From IMG/VR virus record IMGVR_UViG_3300034152_000556, positions 1 to 64,000 of that record: DNA of 64,000 nt. The stretch is one strand, 5' to 3'. Below, piece by piece: positions 18,221 through 27,700 of the stretch (positions are counted from its first letter, which is position 1; each line of letters begins with the position of its first letter). The notes under the pieces are model-generated. The model was not told the DNA's origin. It was given only the letters and a program-made list of their open reading frames with translations, and did no database searches. This DNA comes from a virus. The translations under genes were made by a program, and so were the position numbers.

Positions 18221-19550
18221 CAAATTTCTCCTTTGCCAATTTTAATAGGGTTTCTGTATTGTTTAGTTCCGGCTCATCAACCGCAACTTCCAATAAATAT
18301 TTCATCAGCTTACCAATCATCGGTCCTGGCTTGATTTCTAGAGTATTCATTAGATCGTGCCCATTTACCTCTAAGTCTTTGAACTTATTTGGTGTTCGAA
18401 TATCAAATGCATTTCTGATGCGTTCAAAATCAGCACGAATTCTTGATAGAGGCCAAGGGTCCTTTTTAATATTGGCTTTGCTGTCTGCCAGTTTTATTCG
18501 ATACAATTCTGACCAAGGTATATCACGATCAGAAAGCTTCTTTAGAGTTCGTCTGGCTGCTTTTGGTGATGCAAAGTTATTCATGTGCATTCGTGTTAAA
18601 GAAGAGATAAACTCTATCTCTTTATTGCTGAACTTGAGTTCAGCTAGCTCTCTTTCAAGAATATCACGACCAACTTTATCATGACCTTTGAATCTCAAGT
18701 CTTTGGTCTTTGGGTTCCAACTCGCAGCCTTTGGCTTGCCAACATCATGTAGATATCCAGCTAACTTGGTAAGAGGATATTTGGTTGAGATTGAATCTCC
18801 ACAGATGTAACTGTGTGTGATGATGCTTTCCCAGTGGTGTCTTCCATGTAAATCACCGAATTCATACATACAATCGATACTCGGCAACACATGTATTAAA
18901 GCATCAATCTCTCTCAGTGCATTGAAGAAAGCTGAAGCGATTCGAATCTTCATAGCTTTCATAATTTCGCCTCGAATTCTTTCTCTTGCAACATGAGTTC
19001 TTACAAGGTCAGCATTTTTTCTCAGTGCCTCTCTTGTTTCTGTTTCAAATACACCATCGATTGAAGCAAGAAAGCGACATGCACGAATAATACGGTTGGG
19101 GTCTTCAAAGATTCTTTCATTTGGGTCTCCCACGAATTTAATCTGTCTTTTTTTCAGGTCGTCTTTTCCACCATGCGGGTCAACTACCTCACCTGTGAAT
19201 TGACAGAACGCCATTGCGTTAATCGTTAAATCTCTGCGAGATAAATCCTCAAAAATATTATTTGCATATGTCACTGTTACACATTTGTCGCTCAACCCCT
19301 CGTATCTATCTTTACGAAAAGTGGCTACCTCTATTCCATCAACAAAGGTGACTTTAAAGTATGTACCGGCTGTTACAATTTTATGACCTCCAAATAACTC
19401 AATGATTTCTTCAGGTTTTGCTGATGTTGCAATGTCTTCGTCATGTGGATTTTTGCCGATCAAAAAATCACGCACCGCACCTCCAACGATGTATGTATCA
19501 TACCCATTTTCACACAGCCGCTTTACAATATATTCTGGTGTCGCTTTCAA
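18201..19550 (-). CDS. cca: CCA-adding tRNA nucleotidyltransferase with HD domain
   Basis: VGGAVRD, DEDIAT, EVATFR, RRDLTINAMA, EDPNRIIRACRF, LHDVGK; probable TTG start at 19550 after GAGGAGG. Confidence 0.88.
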   Translation of the reverse strand: MKATPEYIVKRLCENGYDTYIVGGAVRDFLIGKNPHDEDIATSAKPEEIIELFGGHKIVTAGTYFKVTFVDGIEVATFRKDRYEGLSDKCVTVTYANNIFEDLSRRDLTINAMAFCQFTGEVVDPHGGKDDLKKRQIKFVGDPNERIFEDPNRIIRACRFLASIDGVFETETREALRKNADLVRTHVARERIRGEIMKAMKIRIASAFFNALREIDALIHVLPSIDCMYEFGDLHGRHHWESIITHSYICGDSISTKYPLTKLAGYLHDVGKPKAASWNPKTKDLRFKGHDKVGRDILERELAELKFSNKEIEFISSLTRMHMNNFASPKAARRTLKKLSDRDIPWSELYRIKLADSKANIKKDPWPLSRIRADFERIRNAFDIRTPNKFKDLEVNGHDLMNTLEIKPGPMIGKLMKYLLEVAVDEPELNNTETLLKLAKEKFDELVSQ

Positions 19551-19594
19551 ATATTCACCTCCTCTCAAAAAATAAAATGAAAATTGTTATTTAT

Positions 19595-19618
19595 AATTAA
19601 TATATATAATTCTGTTCC
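19595..19618 (-). promoter_or_regulatory. Putative leftward promoter: GGAACAGAAT followed by TATATATATTAATT
   Basis: Second copy of the 14-mer seen at 9816-9829, with an AACA-N6-TA element next to it. Confidence 0.55.
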
Positions 19619-19634
19619 AAATAAGATACAAACC

Positions 19635-19649
19635 GAGAACAAAATATAA
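19635..19649 (+). promoter_or_regulatory. Putative phage late promoter (GAGAACAAAATATAA)
   Basis: Recurring motif at the start of the tail-tube/baseplate operon. Confidence 0.6.
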
Positions 19650-19671
19650 AACTTGATTCGGGTACGGTTTA

Positions 19672-20175
19672 ATGAGCATTGATAAATATCTTCAGAGAAT
19701 TCAGAAAGATGAGTCTATATTTCCAATGGACTCCCCGCACCACGATCCAACTCGTCGTCGAAAAAAAATCATGAGAGGAAAACGCGAAGTTATGGCTGAA
19801 CAGAAAACTTCACCGAAACGTGTGATGATTGATTTTGATAGAACAATTCATAAGTACTCAGAGGGGTGGAAAGATGGTTCGATCTATGATGCGCCTTTTG
19901 AAGGGGCAAAGGAAGGAGTCCAGTGGTTCAGAGATCAGGGATATCAAATTGTCATATTCACTGCGCGTGTCGCCAAAGGTGAAAATGATGATTATGCAGA
20001 ACAAGAACAAGCAGTTAAAGCGTACTTAAAAAAGTATGAAATACCATTTGATATGATTACAGCTGAGAAATTGGCTGCTGAATTTTATATAGATGATAGA
20101 GCTGTCTATATACCGAATGGTAATTGGGACTACGTAATAAGCGAAGTTCAACAAAGGTTATCTAAGAGTGGCTGA
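19672..20175 (+). CDS. HAD-superfamily phosphatase with N-terminal extension
   Basis: IDFDRTI (DxD), IFTAR, K...YIDDR. Confidence 0.8.
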   Translation: MSIDKYLQRIQKDESIFPMDSPHHDPTRRRKKIMRGKREVMAEQKTSPKRVMIDFDRTIHKYSEGWKDGSIYDAPFEGAKEGVQWFRDQGYQIVIFTARVAKGENDDYAEQEQAVKAYLKKYEIPFDMITAEKLAAEFYIDDRAVYIPNGNWDYVISEVQQRLSKSG

Positions 20176-20207
20176 TTCTAAAAAATCAGCTCAGGAGGAA
20201 TAAGGTA

Positions 20208-20930
20208 ATGAAAAATTCATTTGCTGAATTAGGTGTCAATATTTTGACAAGAAAATTCGGTGGTACTACAGTTGGTGTGGCAGACCCATATGTAACTGGT
20301 TATCATTTTATCTGGTTTGATAAATTACCGCCTGGATTAACAACATATACAAGCGAAGGTATCAGTGGGCTGGCTGAACTTGGAAATATCAAGAAAGTTC
20401 TTGCCGCGTCATGTCTTTCTGTAACGCCTCCGGGTGGTACGCTAAACAAGGTTGAGTTCACTGGACTAGGTGGTGTTAAATGGGCAGTTCCGGGTAATGT
20501 AGACTATGGTAACACCGTTTCAGTTAAATTTCTAGAATTTAACAAAACACCTATTCTGGATATCATGCACGGATGGGTAAAATTGATCAGAGACTCTCGT
20601 ACTGGTATTACTGATCTAGTCGATGATGAACAAGGTACTGGCTATACTAAAGCCACTTATGCTGGGTTGATGTATTACTGGACAACAGCACCAGATGCTA
20701 GAACAGTGGAATATTACGCATGTTATGATGGTGTATTTCCATCAAAAGACCCACAAGATTTGTTTACCAGCGATGTCGAAACTGTTGGTAGACTTGATCT
20801 AGAAATTGAATTTAACGTTGACTATATTTGGCATGAAGCTTGGGTGAAAAGTAAGTGTGATCAATTTGCAGCTACATTTGCAGATGCTATTGATGAAGTT
20901 AAAAACATCGGCCCAAGACAGTCACAATAA
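20208..20930 (+). CDS. Tail tube protein
   Basis: PYVTGY, SVTPPG...VPGNVDY...VKFLE, GVFP...IEFNVD pattern; myovirus tail context. Confidence 0.7.
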   Translation: MKNSFAELGVNILTRKFGGTTVGVADPYVTGYHFIWFDKLPPGLTTYTSEGISGLAELGNIKKVLAASCLSVTPPGGTLNKVEFTGLGGVKWAVPGNVDYGNTVSVKFLEFNKTPILDIMHGWVKLIRDSRTGITDLVDDEQGTGYTKATYAGLMYYWTTAPDARTVEYYACYDGVFPSKDPQDLFTSDVETVGRLDLEIEFNVDYIWHEAWVKSKCDQFAATFADAIDEVKNIGPRQSQ

Positions 20931-20953
20931 TTAACACACGGAGGCATAATGTA

Positions 20954-21496
20954 ATGAAAGTTACTCGTGAAATAATGCAAACTTTGCTTTATGATATTTT
21001 GAGAGAATCTAAACTTTCAAAAGATGCAAAAATTCAACTTGGTTTGTTTGTTAAAGAAGCAGATGCAGCTCAGCTTAAAGCGTTGTTTCTTGATGGAGAA
21101 ATGGTTGCGTTGGATGAACAGGCTGCTGCTATCGTAGATCAGAGAATGGAAAATCGTTTAAAGAAAGACGAGCATCTAAGAGAAATCTTTGAGTTTGCTG
21201 GAGTCTTAAATTCTCTTGATAATAAGATGATTGCAGATTATAAAGTCTGTAAAAAAGAGAAGTGTCATAAACAAGGTATTCTTGGTGCCGCTAGAACATA
21301 TTGCACCAATGCGTGTTGGGTAAAAGTTCTAGATTCTTCACAAAGAGCGCTGAAGTCTTTGATGAATCGTTGTAACAATGCGCGTAACCCAGAAAAATGT
21401 AAAGAAAGAGTCAACAAAACTATTGCTCGTCACAAAGCTGCTCAGGCTAAATACCAAGAAAAAGCAAACAAAGCAAAGTCACAAATGGCAAAATAA
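20954..21496 (+). CDS. Cys-rich virion-associated protein (one domain copy)
   Basis: Six-Cys domain ending RCNNARNPEKC. Confidence 0.65.
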   Translation: MKVTREIMQTLLYDILRESKLSKDAKIQLGLFVKEADAAQLKALFLDGEMVALDEQAAAIVDQRMENRLKKDEHLREIFEFAGVLNSLDNKMIADYKVCKKEKCHKQGILGAARTYCTNACWVKVLDSSQRALKSLMNRCNNARNPEKCKERVNKTIARHKAAQAKYQEKANKAKSQMAK

Positions 21497-21888
21497 TGAA
21501 TCAATTGGAGAGTTATCTTTTAAAGATTCAAGACGATAGAGTTGCCGAAGGCATCGGTCAAGTTGCTTATGTCGTGACCGGTGCGATTATACTTAAAAAA
21601 GCTTTAAAGACAGCTCGTTCTATATATCGCAAAATTAAAAACAATGCCACATTGAGAAAATACTGTAAGGATAAAAAAGGTTACGAGAAAGAGGTTTGTA
21701 AATCGAAAATAAAAGCAAAAGCTTGGGCAGCATATAAAAAAGAAGTAAAGAAATGGATGGCCCAATGCAGTGAAGCATATGACGCTCAGAAATGTCGTAA
21801 AAAATTTGAAGTTGCTCTTAATAAGGTAGATGACATGATTATGAAAGAGCGAGAGAGAATGTCTCGTCTCGCTCAAAAATATCAATAG
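21496..21888 (+). CDS. Cys-rich virion-associated protein (one domain copy)
   Basis: YCKDKKGYEKEVC...QCSEAYDAQKC; hydrophobic segment upstream. Confidence 0.65.
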   Translation: MNQLESYLLKIQDDRVAEGIGQVAYVVTGAIILKKALKTARSIYRKIKNNATLRKYCKDKKGYEKEVCKSKIKAKAWAAYKKEVKKWMAQCSEAYDAQKCRKKFEVALNKVDDMIMKERERMSRLAQKYQ

Positions 21889-21914
21889 AAAGGGAAGGGA
21901 AAGGAGATCAAGAA

Positions 21915-22706
21915 ATGGCTTTCAAAGGTTTTAATGTACAATATCCCGAGTACGAGGTTCTAACACCTCAAACAAAACTCTCATTCACTGTCAGATCATT
22001 GAACGTGTCTGAGGAAGAAAAACTGAAGGGGAGTTTGGTAACCCCCGTAAAAATTGCTGATCATTTAAATAAATGTCTTTTTGATGCACTTATTAAAAAA
22101 CCAAAAGAGATCGAAGATTATGATACATTCTTAAAAAGTGTAACGTTGAAAGATCGGGACGCTCTGCTTTACGGTCTTTATCATATCACTTACGAAGACA
22201 TTCGAAACTATCAAGTTACTTGCACACAATGTGCTAAAGAATACCCCATTACAATCAAAGCATCGGAAACATTCAATTTTAATGCATACCCAGCAGACAA
22301 CATTTTAGCAAATAAGATTGGTATAGAACTCCCCGTAACAAAAGGGGTTATTGCTTATATCAAGCAACCAACCTTATTTGATGAAATCAAAGTTATTCGT
22401 GAACTTGCTTCTCGTCCTGGTTCAGCAATCGAATTGATCACAGAAACTTTAATCGTTGATCGGTTTGAACAGGACAGAGAGAACAGTAAAGAGCCTCTTG
22501 TTTATAAAGCACGAGAAGATGTATATGATGCATATATGTCTCTCCCCGCTCGTGACAAGAGACTTATTTTTAACAAATATGAAGAAGAATTTGGTCGATA
22601 TGGCATTGAACTCAAGATGAGAAGTCATTGCAGTAGTTGTGGTAATGACGATATGTACAATATCGATCTAGCCGAACAGTTTTTTCGTTCATTGTACTCA
22701 GCCTAA
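21915..22706 (+). CDS. Baseplate hub/tail assembly chaperone (T4 gp26-like)
   Basis: YEVLTP...VRSLNVSEE, DRDALL, CTQC, CSSC, terminal QFF. Confidence 0.75.
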   Translation: MAFKGFNVQYPEYEVLTPQTKLSFTVRSLNVSEEEKLKGSLVTPVKIADHLNKCLFDALIKKPKEIEDYDTFLKSVTLKDRDALLYGLYHITYEDIRNYQVTCTQCAKEYPITIKASETFNFNAYPADNILANKIGIELPVTKGVIAYIKQPTLFDEIKVIRELASRPGSAIELITETLIVDRFEQDRENSKEPLVYKAREDVYDAYMSLPARDKRLIFNKYEEEFGRYGIELKMRSHCSSCGNDDMYNIDLAEQFFRSLYSA

Positions 22707-22908
22707 CGAAGTTACTTCATTTCGTAAGACATTGGACCAAGATGTTTTTGCAGCAATGGAAATGAGCAAACAGCCTTGGGCTATGATTATGATAATGCCA
22801 GTTAAAAAGCTTCAAGACTATCTTAAATGGAAGGCTGAGTACGAAGAGGAAAAACGGAAAAAGATAGAAGAGGAGCAAGAAAAAATTAAATGGAAATTTA
22901 AAAAATAA
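22684..22908 (+). CDS. +1-frame extension of the gp26-like chaperone (probable programmed frameshift product; not in ORF track)
   Basis: TTT TTT CGT at 22680-22688; +1 frame opens at 22672 and ends at TAA overlapping the next ATG; MPVKKLQDYLKWKAEYEEEK. Confidence 0.6.
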   Translation, partial: FVHCTQPNEVTSFRKTLDQDVFAAMEMSKQPWAMIMIMPVKKLQDYLKWKAEYEEEKRKKIEEEQEKIKWKFKK

Positions 22909-23342
22909 TGGCAAATCTTTTAGATCGTTTTAACAAAACCGTTAAAGGTGCTCGTGGTAGAATATCAGATTTTAAAAGCACCATTTCTGCAAGTGGGGAT
23001 TTTACGAGGATCACCGACCTAGAGGTTATTCTTAATTCGTGGAATAACATTTTATTGACACCAACAAGAACTTACATGTGGGATCCAGATTACGGGAGCG
23101 ATCTTTACAAAATGGTTTTCGAACCAGCAGATGCACAAACACAAGAGAGGATCAAGGAAGAGGTCGAAGATAAACTATCAAGATATGATGACAGAGCAGT
23201 TATAAATAGTGTTGAAGTCACATTTCTTAGAAATAGAAAAGGATTTAATGTAGCCATTGACGTATCTTATCGTGGTACTACTGGTGAGTTAAAAGTTACA
23301 TTTGACCAAGATCAATACACATCTTTTTTGGAGGCAGTATAA
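22908..23342 (+). CDS. Baseplate wedge protein gp25-like
   Basis: NILLTP...WDPDYGSDLYKMVFEP...RYDDRAVI. Confidence 0.85.
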   Translation: MANLLDRFNKTVKGARGRISDFKSTISASGDFTRITDLEVILNSWNNILLTPTRTYMWDPDYGSDLYKMVFEPADAQTQERIKEEVEDKLSRYDDRAVINSVEVTFLRNRKGFNVAIDVSYRGTTGELKVTFDQDQYTSFLEAV

Positions 23343-23351
23343 GAGGCTAGC

Positions 23352-24563
23352 ATGAGTTATCAAGATGAGTTAAAATTATTTGGAGAATCATGTCGAAGTT
23401 ATCTGCTAAACGCTGCTATCAAAAGCTCTGTGCTCAAAGATAAGCTGACATTTAGACAGCACATTAAAATTTGTAATGATATTCAAAAATTAAGTGGTGA
23501 AGAAGCAATTGAGCTTTTGTTAGGTGAGGGTATTCGAGAGTTTGAGGGTGTTTTTAGAAAGTTTTTAAAATACACGTTCGCAGTTATAGCAGCTGGTGCA
23601 GCTGGACCCGCAGCACCTTTTCTTGGTCCATTTGTTTTATATCACTGGAGGAAGTTAAACGACCAATGTTATCGTAGATGCTTTGGGCAATTCGGTCGTG
23701 GCATTCACCGAAAAGTCTGTAAATATGAATGTCAATTGAAATCTTCTCAACAAATTGCTAGAAGGCTACGCTCTGAGTTTACTAAGTGTAATCAACTTGA
23801 AGATAAGAAAGCTCAGAAGTGTGAAAAGAAATTAAGAAGAGAATTGGTGAAATGGGAAAAGAAAGTTCAGCAACAGAGAACTAGATTAGAAAAAGCAAGA
23901 AATGAGCTTGAAGAGAAAGAAAGAAAAGCTAAAGAAAAAGAGCTTGCCAAGAGAGCTAAAAAGATGGCAAAGAAGAGAGTTGCATTTGAAGAATCTGTGT
24001 CTGTAGAGAGAGAAATTGTTTTAAAAGTTATTAAGAACAGCTCTTTAATACGTGAACGTCTATCTTTTATAGAACATCTAAAGTTTTACAATGCTGTTAA
24101 AACTTTGGATGAAAACAAGATAAGTATTTTATTTAAAACCCTTTTTGAAGCAGATGAAGCGCCAACTGTTGAGCCGCCAAAAACGAACCCAAAAACAGAT
24201 CGGTATATTAGAGCTGCTTTGTATCTTGGTCTTTGGGTTGTTCCGGTTCCTTTCTTCAATGATGTTGTAAACTATATTATTAAGAAACACGATTTCGAAT
24301 GTATGAGAAAATGTGTAACAAAAGCTGATAGATCGTTTTGTTATAATCAGTGCCGATATCTTGGAAGAAAATACGCGGTTAAATTTTTAAATGGTCAGTT
24401 GCAAAAATGTAAAAAAGCTAAAAGTCCATTTAAGTGCAAAAAGAAAGTTTTGAGTCTTCTAGAGGATTGGAGACAAAGAGAAGTCGAAGCAAGACATAAA
24501 TATGAAGAATCTCTGAAAAAAAGGTTAAGAAAAATTAAAGCCGCACAAGCAGCGAGGGATTAA
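23352..24563 (+). CDS. Cys-rich virion-associated protein (two domain copies, internally duplicated)
   Basis: Two halves, each with L(T/S)FxxH(I/L)K, a hydrophobic segment and a 6-Cys domain. Confidence 0.7.
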   Translation: MSYQDELKLFGESCRSYLLNAAIKSSVLKDKLTFRQHIKICNDIQKLSGEEAIELLLGEGIREFEGVFRKFLKYTFAVIAAGAAGPAAPFLGPFVLYHWRKLNDQCYRRCFGQFGRGIHRKVCKYECQLKSSQQIARRLRSEFTKCNQLEDKKAQKCEKKLRRELVKWEKKVQQQRTRLEKARNELEEKERKAKEKELAKRAKKMAKKRVAFEESVSVEREIVLKVIKNSSLIRERLSFIEHLKFYNAVKTLDENKISILFKTLFEADEAPTVEPPKTNPKTDRYIRAALYLGLWVVPVPFFNDVVNYIIKKHDFECMRKCVTKADRSFCYNQCRYLGRKYAVKFLNGQLQKCKKAKSPFKCKKKVLSLLEDWRQREVEARHKYEESLKKRLRKIKAAQAARD

Positions 24564-25216
24564 TGTCTTATATTCAATATTATAGAAGGTTGTATGAATA
24601 CGTTCATGAGTATCAGAAATTGGTTCATGAGGTTTATGCGGATCATGTTGTTCGTTATCTTGTAACCTATTATAATATTAATAAAGATGAAACGATCTGG
24701 GAAGATGAAAAGATTTTTGGTGGTGCTTATCATGATGTTCGTGATTTAACAGGAATTAAATGGGATAAAATATTGTTGCTACCTGTCTACTTTCCAGAAG
24801 ATATCACATCTCCGTTTGATGGGCAAGATGTTGGTTATATTAAAGACAATCAAACAACTATTGTCTTTCCAAGCACCTATGGTATCATACCTTATCCGGG
24901 AGATATGATAAAACTAGAGCAAGAGTATTTGAGGCCAAACAGGGATATATATCCAATTTTTAGAGTAGAGGGTGTTGAAATATCAACCAATACTGATAGA
25001 AGGTATTGGAAGATGACTATAAGAAATTTTCAAAGTAGAGACACTCAGGAACTTGAGGATCAGGTTGCTAGAACATTAGCTTATTCAGAGTATGACAAAA
25101 AAATTCATACTCTATCAGATTCTCAATTTATCTCTCGTCTTTTGTCAAAACATGAAGATTTAAGATCATGTTTAAAATCAAAATTTGATAGTAATTCTGG
25201 ATTCTACTTTGTGTAA
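24563..25216 (+). CDS. Putative neck/head-completion protein
   Basis: VTYYNIN...PYPGDMI...FRVEGVE beta-barrel pattern; structural operon. Confidence 0.5.
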   Translation: MSYIQYYRRLYEYVHEYQKLVHEVYADHVVRYLVTYYNINKDETIWEDEKIFGGAYHDVRDLTGIKWDKILLLPVYFPEDITSPFDGQDVGYIKDNQTTIVFPSTYGIIPYPGDMIKLEQEYLRPNRDIYPIFRVEGVEISTNTDRRYWKMTIRNFQSRDTQELEDQVARTLAYSEYDKKIHTLSDSQFISRLLSKHEDLRSCLKSKFDSNSGFYFV

Positions 25217-25228
25217 GGAAATTTAATA

Positions 25229-27700
25229 ATGGCATTATCTGATCAAATATATCTATCAAGAGATAGCATTAGAGTACAAATTGCTAATCTAGCGAAACAG
25301 TATCTAGAACTAGAAAGTGTCGATCTTACGAAATCATCTTTTCTGAGCTTTATGATTGATGCGTTTTCTACGTTAACAACGAATCTCCTTTTTTATCAGG
25401 TATCAACATATCGTGAGTTTTTCCTTACAACAGCACAGCTTCCAGAGTCGGTTTTAAATCTTTCAGCATTTCTTGGGTATAATACTCAAGAGGCTCAATA
25501 TTCAGTTGTCAGTGTTCTTCTAACCATACCTTTAGAATTCAGTAGCTCATCTGTAACCTTTACGATACCTTCTGGTCATAAATTTAAGACAGCTGATCAG
25601 ATAGAGTTTTTGACATACTACACAACAACGGTTGAAATAACAAATAACTCAATTGTTTCTGTTATTGTTCAAGAAGGAAATAGAAGATTTAATCTATCTG
25701 TTAATATAGCAAATGGTGAAGCTCAATTTGTTCTGCCTGTTCGTCAGCTGAAGTTGGTAGAACAAGAGTTTCAGGTTGACCAAGATGTTCAGGAGTTTCA
25801 ATTTGTAACCATCGATGTTCCAATCGATGGACAAGTTTCTACAATGACTGTTGAAGTTAGAGAGCCAGATGGTTCTGCTTGGACAACGTGGACAGAGTTC
25901 AATAGTTTATATTTGATGACAAGTACTGATACTGGTTATGTTTCAAGAAGAACAGATTTTGGAAGGCGCTTGTTTTTTGGTAATGATTTAATAGGTGTAC
26001 AGCCTACACCGGGAGCTACAGTTCGTGTTATAGCTGGTGTGACAGAAGGTGCTGATGGAAACGTTATAGCATCTACCATTACAAGTGGAGATAGAATTTA
26101 TACAACTACTGGTTCTGGTGTTACACAGGTTGTGAATTATACAGCAACAAACGCAGCTCCGGCTACTGGTGGTGAAGATGAAGAATCTATTGACGAAATT
26201 AGATCAAATTCAATCGCATCTATCACAGCTTTAAATCGTCTAGTCACAGAAGGCGATTATGAAAACTTAGATGTTGTTTTAACTGACTCTCCATTTGCTT
26301 CAAACTCACTGCCAGTTTTGAAAAGATCAGATATTAAGATCAATGAAATTCAAATTTTTACAAGCCTTCTTTATGGTGCAGAAACCGAGCCTGTTGAAAA
26401 TCTGGTCCCAACTCGAAATGTAACATATACCATCCCTAACTCAACAACATTCATACCACGAGGTACTGAAATTACCTATGGTAGTGATACATACTATACT
26501 GTTTTCGACATGAGTATTAACTTGTTGAATTCAGCGGCGTTTTACGAATATGTCGTTTTGGATTTAGCAGTAAGCCCCACATTACAAACAAGCTACACAT
26601 CAACATTTGATATTATTGCAACACAACTGAGAATTACAAAAAGTGGGTCTGGTGTTACATTTTCATTGCAGTATCAATCGACAGAATCGAATGCAGATCA
26701 GGCTACCTGTCAGCTTCGAAATGAGGGAACTGGTTCGGTCAAGGCAATGACTAACGATTCTTCAGCAAGTGTCTTCACATATACCTTTGATCCATATACG
26801 AATTTTCCAAAGAATGAACAGGACCTTGTTTTTCGAATCACCGATCCGTCTTCAGTTATAGTTTCTGACTATGCGGTTTCCGTAACTGTTCGCCGTGATC
26901 TAGATGAGTTCATGCTTTCGAACACAGCTACAGCATCAGATGGTAGTAGTATAATCATTTATGATATACCAGTAATAGAGAAAAACTATTATGATGGTGT
27001 TGATAAAGCGGTTTTTGAAGCGAATGTTCTTCAAGCTATTGTACAGACAACTGATTTTGCCAGTGCAAAAATGATAACCGATTTTGCAAACTTCAAATTT
27101 ACAAATACTTATGGTGATCTATCCAATATGCAATATAATGAAACTACAAAGTCTGATGTGATTGACTTTGTTGCAACAGAACCAACAACTCCAGCGCTGG
27201 GGGCCAGATATATTTTGACATCTGGCATAAACAAAAATGCAATTATCACATGTACAGATGCTACAAATGTGACATATGTCTATGCTCAACCTAATGCTGA
27301 CGATATTATCTACGTAACTAATGAAGCTCAAAAATATATCTTTGCTGATGTAGGTGGTTGGGTAACCTTCACTAGTTACAACATTCCTCTTGAGGTTGAG
27401 ATTGAGGTCTTCAGAGAAAATTCTTATTCTGGTACATTAACAGCACTTGCAGATTCGGTTAGAGAAGCTGTGTTTGAAGCTTTCAAAGATAGGTTCGGTG
27501 CCAATGCTACGATTTATCGTTCAGAGATTGTTGATGTAGTTCAGAGTGTTACAGGGGTCGATCACTGTCGTCTAGCAAAACCAGAAACAAGCATTTTCTT
27601 TAATTTTGACCTTGAAGATTTAACAGAAGACGAGCTTCTGACTTACGGTCCAGAGTATGTATATTTCTTGGAGGATGATATTACGGTTAAAATACTATAA
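25229..27700 (+). CDS. Baseplate wedge protein (gp6/baseplate J-like)
   Basis: EFFLTTAQLPESVLNLSAFLGY, FGNDLIGVQP, GGEDEESIDEIR, NRLVTEGDY. Confidence 0.88.
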   Translation: MALSDQIYLSRDSIRVQIANLAKQYLELESVDLTKSSFLSFMIDAFSTLTTNLLFYQVSTYREFFLTTAQLPESVLNLSAFLGYNTQEAQYSVVSVLLTIPLEFSSSSVTFTIPSGHKFKTADQIEFLTYYTTTVEITNNSIVSVIVQEGNRRFNLSVNIANGEAQFVLPVRQLKLVEQEFQVDQDVQEFQFVTIDVPIDGQVSTMTVEVREPDGSAWTTWTEFNSLYLMTSTDTGYVSRRTDFGRRLFFGNDLIGVQPTPGATVRVIAGVTEGADGNVIASTITSGDRIYTTTGSGVTQVVNYTATNAAPATGGEDEESIDEIRSNSIASITALNRLVTEGDYENLDVVLTDSPFASNSLPVLKRSDIKINEIQIFTSLLYGAETEPVENLVPTRNVTYTIPNSTTFIPRGTEITYGSDTYYTVFDMSINLLNSAAFYEYVVLDLAVSPTLQTSYTSTFDIIATQLRITKSGSGVTFSLQYQSTESNADQATCQLRNEGTGSVKAMTNDSSASVFTYTFDPYTNFPKNEQDLVFRITDPSSVIVSDYAVSVTVRRDLDEFMLSNTATASDGSSIIIYDIPVIEKNYYDGVDKAVFEANVLQAIVQTTDFASAKMITDFANFKFTNTYGDLSNMQYNETTKSDVIDFVATEPTTPALGARYILTSGINKNAIITCTDATNVTYVYAQPNADDIIYVTNEAQKYIFADVGGWVTFTSYNIPLEVEIEVFRENSYSGTLTALADSVREAVFEAFKDRFGANATIYRSEIVDVVQSVTGVDHCRLAKPETSIFFNFDLEDLTEDELLTYGPEYVYFLEDDITVKIL

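Noticed and set aside
22717-22914. 65-aa minus-strand Phe/Leu-rich ORF
   Set aside because: Shadow of the plus-strand frameshift extension.
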